Positions 55,888 to 64,000 of a stretch of DNA of 64,000 nucleotides are shown in pieces. The notes beneath the pieces are model-generated. The model did not search any database and was not told the DNA's origin. It saw only the letters and a program-made list of their open reading frames with translations. Position 1 is the first letter of the stretch. Every line of letters begins with the position of its first letter. This DNA is from Eledone cirrhosa. Its lineage: Eukaryota. The translations under genes and the position numbers were made by a program. The stretch is taken from NCBI GenBank assembly GCA_964016885.1, contig OZ024743.1:25668001-25732000 (forward strand), written 5' to 3'.

Positions 55888-56889
55888 TCATAATCTATAA
55901 AGCTCAGTGTGTGGTCATGCTCCTTCGTTATAGAAATCTACGATATAGAATTTCTTCAATTGAAATTTACAATTCAGTATTCGAAATAGTTTCCATTGCG
56001 TCTTGACGCAGATAATTTTTTCAATTTCACCCACAATTACGCAAAAAATAGATAAAACTCAATATTTTACGATTTTTCTCTCTCATTTAAACTGCTGAAC
56101 ACTTTCTACTACCATTCAAAATCTATACAACTTCATACTTTCTGCTACTTTCTCTTTCCAAGCTTGATGGTGATACTGTCCGTTCACACCACTCCATACT
56201 GTCTTAAATTTAGAAAACACATATCCTCTATGAGGTTACTAAACCTGCTAGAAACAGCAGCTAACTCTCCCCCCATATCACACCCCTCCCCACACCACTC
56301 CCTACTGTCTTAAATTTAGAAAACACATATCCTCTATGAGGTTATTAAACCTGCTAGAAACAGCAGCTAACTCTCCCCCATATCCCACCCCTCCCTACTG
56401 TCTTAAATTTAGAAAACATATCTTCTATGAGGTCACTAAACCTGCTAGAAACAGCAGCTAACTCTCCCCCATATCACACCACTCCCTACTGTCTTAAATT
56501 TAGAAAACACATATCCTCTATGAGGTCACTAAACCTGCTAGAAACAACAGCTAACTCTCCCTCATATCACAACCCTCCCTACTGTCTTAAATTTAGAAAA
56601 CACACAGACAACCATGCAGAACAACTCCATCGCAGCTCTGTTGTTCGGCTGGCATCGTCTACGCGCGTGTTGCGCAAGTACTGTGAAACAATAAATTTCA
56701 ACACTTTTTTGCACAGAGATAATATCCATAGGCGAAACTACAATTGTCACTGCTGGCGCAGCTCCTGCTTCCAGGTCTGCAATTCATTCACCCAGTGCCT
56801 GGCAGACAAAAAAGTGGTGCCATAAAATGGGTGGTGCAACCTAACTTTGGTAACTTAATGACCCCGAACAACACCGGGCTTTAATGCTA

Positions 56890-56890
<1 letters not shown>
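55888..56890 (+). mobile_element. Probable non-autonomous Helitron
   Basis: 5' a|TC, 3' hairpin cccg-aacaacac-cggg then CTAG|t, inside (AT)n; similar 3' hairpin at 11121-11147. Confidence 0.5.
56185..56605 (+). repeat. ~90-105-bp tandem repeat, about 4.4 copies
   Basis: ctactgtcttaaatttagaaaacacatatcctctatgagg...ctaaacctgctagaaacagcagctaactctccc. Confidence 0.93.
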
Positions 56891-56955
<65 letters not shown>

Positions 56956-57199
56956 TGTATATATATATATATATATAATATATATATAATATATATATAT
57001 TTATCTTTCTATCTCTATCTCTCTTTTTTGCTCGCTCTCTCTGCTGATGTTGCTTCAGTGTTACAATCAGGATCTTGTTTCAAATTAATACAAAATATAA
57101 AGCTCATCGCTTGGGAAATATACGTCTGCATCCTCTGTTAATTTTAAACTTTCCAGTAAATCTGACCTGTTTAAGTTGTATCCACTGTATCGATTTATT

Positions 57200-57760
57200 T
57201 TACTCAGCAATTTATAAGGGCAAATAAAGATGTCAGGAGAAGTACAGCAAAGATGTTGTCAAGCTGAGAGTTCCGATGACCATATTGTCTTGTCTATCTA
57301 AAGAAATTCATTTAGTGCCTCCTTGTTATTAATGAGTCCATCACATCTGAAGTCTATCATTCATCTTGTTGAATATATCTGTAGATCTCTTACTACAAAT
57401 GTACGTTTGGAGTGGCCAGATTTCCTTCTAATGTGTGTGAAATATTTGATTATGAGACACAACTCCTTTTTGATGTCTACGAAAAATATCGAGAGATGTT
57501 TTTGGATTCATTCTTATAACCTCTATTTTTTTAGCTGGCATGATAATGAGTTAAAGGAGAGAACAAGGAACTGTACTGACAAGTATGACCCTGCAGGATG
57601 CCATTTTAGTTATGAATCGTGTCAGATTTTACTTTTCTAATCCCCGTCGACAAGTAAACTAGTGTACCAAATCTTGATTAGGCGTTGAATAGCAGCTACC
57701 AACACTTGTACAACTTTGACTAATTGTCCTGCTTTGATAATCCACTTATGTGGTATACTA
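57200..57760 (-). pseudogene. Highly degenerate RLE-clade (R4-like) RT fragment
   Basis: NGILQG, LSVQFLVLSFNSLS and IFFVD across frameshifts. Confidence 0.45.
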
Positions 57761-57796
57761 GCTAAGGCTTTATATATGTATGCAGTGTATGTATGA

Positions 57797-57927
<131 letters not shown>

Positions 57928-57982
57928 TACATATATGTATATATGTGTATGTATATATTTGTATGTATATATGTATGTGAAG

Positions 57983-58290
57983 TTGGATGGCTTAGAGATT
58001 AGGGTATTCGGCTTACGATCCTATGGTCATGAGTTCAATTCTGGGTCTTTGAGTAAGGCACTTTATTTCACATAACATCATGCCATGCCACTCAACTAAA
58101 AGAACGATTTCTACCTATAACTCTAATGGCAAGGGATGTTACACACTGTATCACGATGAATCTCCCTGGGAACTACGTTAAAGGTAGACGTGTCTATGGA
58201 ATACTCAACCACTTGCACGCTAATTTCATGGGCAGGCTGTTCCATTGATAAAACAACTAGCACATTTGTCGTTAGAACTGACGGAAGTCG
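57983..58290 (+). mobile_element. Second tRNA-SINE family (CORE-like middle)
   Basis: A-box tggcttagagattagg, B-box gagttcaattc, ctttgagtaaggcacttta; tail also at ~8806-8900 (-) and ~33220-33330. Confidence 0.65.
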
Positions 58291-58297
58291 CGCACAC

Positions 58298-58428
<131 letters not shown>

Positions 58429-60156
58429 TTATTTTATTCTATTTTATTTTGCCTGAGTTCACAAAATTCAAAACTGGTTGCTGACAAGGTGACAAGGTTT
58501 ATTTTTGTTTGAGTCAAGATATTTTGAGTCAAGATTTGTGAATATGTGAATGAGTAAATGTATGGATATATGTAGTTGTCTGGATATATGTTACGGGTTG
58601 GCATGGTTTAGTACACATATTATGTATTTACTCTTTATAAATATGTGTGTGTGCGTGTATATATATATATATATATATATATATTTAGAGGCGCCCTTAC
58701 TCTTTTATATTTAAAAGTGTTTAGTCACTATCTCCTGTTCCTCGATATCGATAGTGCATCCTTCTAGGTGGGATAGTAGGTTTCTATTACAGGTTCAGGA
58801 AAGCCTACTCTTTCTCAATGTATCATTTGACCAGTCATAACTTATGTGTGTATGTGTGTATATTACCAACTGTCTTTATTTCTCACTTTCTGTCTCGCCG
58901 CCTTTTCTGTTACTAATCATTAATGGACCAATCAACTAGAAAGATAATACAATTTCCTAAGAAACTTTACATGAATATAACTTCTAAAAGCAATTAAGCG
59001 ATGCAAGTTTCTCTAATCAAGCATTCTAGAGTGAAGAGTTGGTAACTACAATAGACTAGACACACGAGTCGGTATATATGTGTGTGCGTATTTATGTACA
59101 TATGTATGAGTGTAAGTGCGTATGTATATATGTCCGTATATGCATGTGTAGGTATCAATATAAATGACATTTCTAACGATATATTTGTAATGATATATCT
59201 GTCCATAGGTGATGAATTTGCAGAGCCGTTAGAACGTCAAACAGTGTGGTTTGCGGTATTCGTTCATTCTCTATGTTCAAATCAGGTCGATCTCAGTCTT
59301 TCATTTCATCGTATTGGAATCTATTCTGCATGTTTATCTCCTTTTCACTTCCTATCTCAATCCTTCCCCTTCTCTAGAAGAGAGCGACTATGTTCAGACC
59401 GCCGAGTTTCAAACGTACATACTATATGTCAGGATGGCGTCCTTGCGACTCTGTAGTGAATTGCGGCTCCCTGCACACCTACAAATATTTGAGTATTCAT
59501 ATCAGAGCATGAATTTACAAATTAAAAGCTCTTCAATCTGTGCCGATAAAAAGAACCGGGAAGTGTTTACTCATAGATGTGAAAAAACCCCAATAAACTC
59601 GAAGCGAAGAGAGTCGAACCAAGGGCAGATAATCCGGTTAGTGTAAGGGAGATAATTTGATCTAAAAACTTTTCAGGGTGGGCAAACACTAAAGTAATAA
59701 TTAAAAAATTAAAAACTAGGAGGGGGGGGGGGGGGTCTAGAAAGAAATCGATCGGTTAAGAAGGATGTAGATCGATATTAAGGAGGCCATTTCTTCAAAG
59801 GTTCTTAGAAACAATAGAGCATCCCTAGAAGAACTCGGTGTTAAGTGGATTGTTATTGTGGAGATTATTCAATATTCACTAGTTTCCAGCATTACATAAT
59901 TTTACTATTTAAGTATGCCCCAATTTTTTCTAGTGTCTTCCATCCGATGGAGAAATCGATATTCCTGTCTTTGAGTTGCTATGTTTTATTTGCCAAATTT
60001 GTGGTGTTTCGTTTATTTGGGGTATTTGAAGCTCGTTTCGTGATTGACCTCTCTGAGTTGATTCTCTCGATGTTCTCACGTTTCTAAGTACCTTTTGATT
60101 TAGCGTTTGTTCGTACGTACCTGGTCTGGCGCCGTTGAAGTAACTGGCCTTAATAG

Positions 60157-60216
<60 letters not shown>

Positions 60217-60307
60217 ACATAAATGAATATATACAAACATATATATGTATACTGCTTTTGTTGTTGTTCTCAACCTTATTGGTGGTATTATTGTTGTTAC
60301 AGACTTT

Positions 60308-60430
60308 ACGGACTGAGTTCAAATCCCTCCAAGGTTAACTTTGCCTTTCATCCTTACGGGGTCGATAAAATAAAGTACCAGTAATGTACTGGATAATTGC
60401 TGGCCTTGTGCCAAAAGTAGAAACAATTAT
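60308..60430 (+). mobile_element. 5'-truncated tRNA-SINE
   Basis: B-box, Nin domain, family 3' end. Confidence 0.85.
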
Positions 60431-61360
60431 TGTTGTTACAGATATGTAATGCAAGGTGTTCCAACCTTGACCATCTCATCGTATTTCCAGACGTAGTATA
60501 TCTAGGACAATGCTATCCAATGAGACATTTTCATGACTGGAGGGTACGATTGGCGGTAGATTTGACTGCTGTCGTAGAAGATGGAGGGGAGGCGTTGGTG
60601 GCGGTGGCGGCGGTGGTGCTGCTGGTGGTGGTGGTGGTGGTGGTGGTAGTCCTGCTGCTGTTTTGGTGACGGTAGTGATGTTATACCATGATCTACACCA
60701 TTATCAGTATCATCATTATAACCATTATCACCATCGTGGTGGGTATTATAGTTTTGACATATGTTGTTGTTGCCACGGCTGCTCAAACGAGCCGTTTTAT
60801 ATCATCATTTGCCGTAAAATATACAACAAACAGAATTTCAAATTCCCCCGCAGTATGTCTAACTCTCATTCTCACATTTTCTTTCTGACGTCTTCCTCAC
60901 TACATATGCATGGGCTTCTTTGTGTGCGTGTGTGTATGTGTATGTGTGTGTGCGTGTGTGTGTGTTTGTGTGTGTATGTCTGTGTTTGTGTGTGTATGTG
61001 TGTGTATGTTTTTATGTGTTTGTGTGTATGTGTGTATGTGTGTGTATTTTTGTATGTGTTTGTGTGTGAAAGACGTGAGCGTAACGCCTCAAACCTTTCA
61101 CCAGTACAAAAAACAAAAAAAAAATAGAGAATAGTTAATTTTACTACCGACATTTATCTCGTCTTTCAGCTTAGTTGAAATAGCTTACAGACATTATATA
61201 GCAGTTTTATATAAATATCTGAGTATATATAGATGTGGTTTGTGCGTGCGTGTGTTTATATATGTGTGTGTATTTGTTTTGTCGGTGCATATATGCCATA
61301 TATGTATTTTTAGATGAAAGAAAGCTAAAGAATATAAATAGCTACTTTTGGACATAACCT

Positions 61361-63870
61361 ATAATAATGGTTTCTTTATTGTCCACAAGGGCTAACATGA
61401 AGAAAAAACATTAGAGACGGGACAGAACAGTACAGGACGATAGAACGTGCGTTTTGGTCGTGTAAACAGGTTATAACAAGATGGAAATCGGGCTAGAAAT
61501 CAAAATATTCAAACAAAAATTCCCCAAAAAGGGGGAAACCTCCGAGGGTCACTCGTGGCGAAAACCACACAAAAGACCACGACCACCCTGACCACCAGGG
61601 CAAGCGCCCTCTCTGTTTTCCCACTCCTCAGTCTACAGGCGCATACTCAGAGTGGGCCCGTTCACTCGGACCAGACTCGCCACTTTCACCCACCTTTCAA
61701 CAAATTTACTAGAAGACAGCACTTGCCTCTCCACCCTGATTTTCCTCTTCAAGTGAAACTTGAAAAAGTTAATCAGGGATTGGCCTGAGAGGAAAGTGTC
61801 CGTCTTCAACCCTTTCAATCTTATCCACCACACAATCTCTTTCGCCATGGCCACCAGGCAGATGAAAACTGCCTGCCCTTCCTCCTCTTTAAAGGAGGAT
61901 GGCGGGGCTATCTGCTCAATGGACCCAGTCGATAACCGGATCCGTCCTACACGCGACAGCAGCTGTTCGACATAGTTTTACAAGTCAGCAATCCTCAGGC
62001 ACTGAACGAGTACGTGCAGGACGGTTTCGTCGCCCTGCACGCATCTCGGACAGGCTCGGCTGACAGTACCTCCGTGCCTGTAGAGCTTATCTCGAACAGG
62101 CAACGCTCCCCAGTAGCACTGCCAGGCCAGAGATTTCTGGAAGTTGCCCATAGGCCCCGGTCTGAAAAATTTCTTGAAGAGAGCGAACAGCTGATCGTCT
62201 TCGACGCCCAGGGTCTCCCAGAGAACGTCGTCGCTCTTTCCCTCTACTAGCCCACTATAGAACGCCGAGGTGGCTGTTCCACCGATACTAGTGCCCAGCT
62301 AGTAGAGGGCGGTGAGCGCTTGGAGACATTCCAGCTTCCAAGCGCTATCCTTGGACTTTTCCTGATCCAGGACTGCAGCTCCGTCAAGGAGACGAGCTGG
62401 GTAAAGCGCGTCTGGCAAACGGCGACCACACATGTTCACCGTCAAGGAAGCACCAGAGATGTCGCAGCCTCAGCGCATGTTTGCGCATCATCAGCCACGG
62501 CATGCCTAGTCCTCCACGCAACGGGTGTTGACAGAAAATGGATCGTCTGACCATGGGAGCACGTCACTTCCACAAAAAGCGGAAGAGAAGGCGTTCCATT
62601 TTGGTCAGAGTTGGGCGGGGGCAAGGTACGGCGGTCAGGCGGTAGCAGATGACGGACGCTATGTACGCATTCGCCACCTCTGCTCGACCTTTCAAAGACA
62701 GCCTCCTCTCGACCCATTTCTGGGTGAGAGATGCCACCCTACTCGTCACCTCGCTCCAGTTTTTCTCCATCTGGAGGTCCGGACCGAACCAGACCCCGAG
62801 CAATTTAACCGGTCCTTCCGTCCAGCGCCCCACGACGCTGTCGGACGGTATAGACTTGCCTCTCCAGGTGCCGAGTTGCAAGCTCACCAACTTTTCCTGG
62901 TTTATCTTTGCTCCTGTCACTGCATCGTATTCCTTGAGAGCGGTGTTGAGCATCTGGACGTGTTTTCTGCTCGATACCTACCACCACGGTGACGTCGTCG
63001 GCGTAAGCTGACACGGATCTACCACATCCCTGTTCACATGGGACAAGACTATCTCCTCACTCTTTAGGGTTTCCAAAGAGTGAGACTTCCCCTCTTGGGG
63101 GGGGGGCGAAAAGTACGTCTACTGTGACGTACTTTTTGCTTCGGGTGATGTGGGTTTTGCGCGCCCAGACGCACCCCAAGGCCTTTTGGATTTGAGCCTC
63201 CGTGGCTCTCTCCACCCGATGTGACATTTTGCTTACGGTGCGGTAAGTCACTGTGCGCAGTTGCTGGTCTTTGAAGAAATCGGCTGGAGGTTTCAGGGAA
63301 ATTCTATTATCATTTCTTGTCACCATGGCTCTTGCGACTGCCATCTCCTCCTCCGTGACTAGCAACACCACCACCCTCTCCGAACATTCGGACAAAGTAC
63401 AGGCGAAAGACCGCACACATCTGCCTAAAATCGTTCAGCACACGTTCGTCTCGATCTGTCAAATACTGAATCGTGGTTTTGTTACCACGATACGCTTCCA
63501 CCATATGGGCCATTCGAATAGCTTTCGTGATCTCGTTTCTTAGAGCGCGCGCCTTAGCTCTGATAATGCAACTTTCGTGTTTCAATTTGAAGAAATGTTC
63601 TAATACCATTCTCGCCGCTAGCACCTCAGTTGCAATGCCACTACAAATAGCCTTGTCTAATTTAGCTACCAGCCCCCTCCTTTCTATTTTTTTCTAGCGC
63701 ACCTTCTTTACTAAATCTATTCTAATCTCTATATTGAGAGCCCACCACCACCACCTGTTGTTGACGAACTTCCCTGTCAATTTACACGTAACTAAAGTGG
63801 TGACCCGGTCCCTTTAAGCATTTCCAGTAACCAGGTCCAAATCTACCCGTCCTAAGCTAAGTGCTTACAC
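61361..63870 (-). mobile_element. Rearranged second L1/Tx1-clade LINE copy
   Basis: ORF2 C-terminal half 63030-61633 (SAYADD, LSLKGRAEVANAYI), ORF1 piece 63368-63040, ORF2 EN-RT linker 63860-63370; AATAAA and ATT tail. Confidence 0.88.
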
Positions 63871-63914
63871 AAAGCATAACATAAAGGACAGCACATGATG
63901 TTACAACAAAACAT

Positions 63915-64000
63915 AAAACAATTTGGGGAGAAGGGAAAATCGATTAAATCGATCCAGTGCATTACTGGTACTTAATTTTAACGACCCCGTAAGGATGAAA
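63915..64000 (-). mobile_element. tRNA-SINE running off the window end
   Basis: Nin motif reverse complement. Confidence 0.75.

Noticed and set aside
56185-56605. CRISPR-like or coding repeat
   Set aside because: Whole units repeat with no variable spacers

Overview
AT-rich, microsatellite-saturated eukaryotic DNA with no recognisable host protein-coding gene, rRNA, tRNA gene or CRISPR array, and one 200-N gap (15661-15860). The repeat content (tRNA-derived SINEs with a Nin/Deu-type domain, dense (AT)n/(GT)n/(CATA)n) suggests a coleoid cephalopod, probably an octopod; this is inference. Almost all ORFs in the track are microsatellite artefacts. Real content: a near full-length degenerate L1/Tx1-clade LINE (~41225-46870) and a scrambled second copy (61361-63870); more than 20 SINE copies whose 3' end matches that LINE's 3' end; RTE-clade 3' ends with C2H2 fingers stacked in (CATA)n; R4/Dong-like, maT (DD37D) and MITE relics; and a probable non-autonomous Helitron. 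The most striking signal is a set of short, mostly (AT)n-embedded Penelope-like elements from several families carrying about a dozen type I hammerhead-ribozyme motifs, often folded back as inverted duplications centred on or next to the ribozyme, plus a Naiad-type Penelope ORF fragment absent from the ORF track. All structures were read by eye; coordinates are approximate to a few bases.
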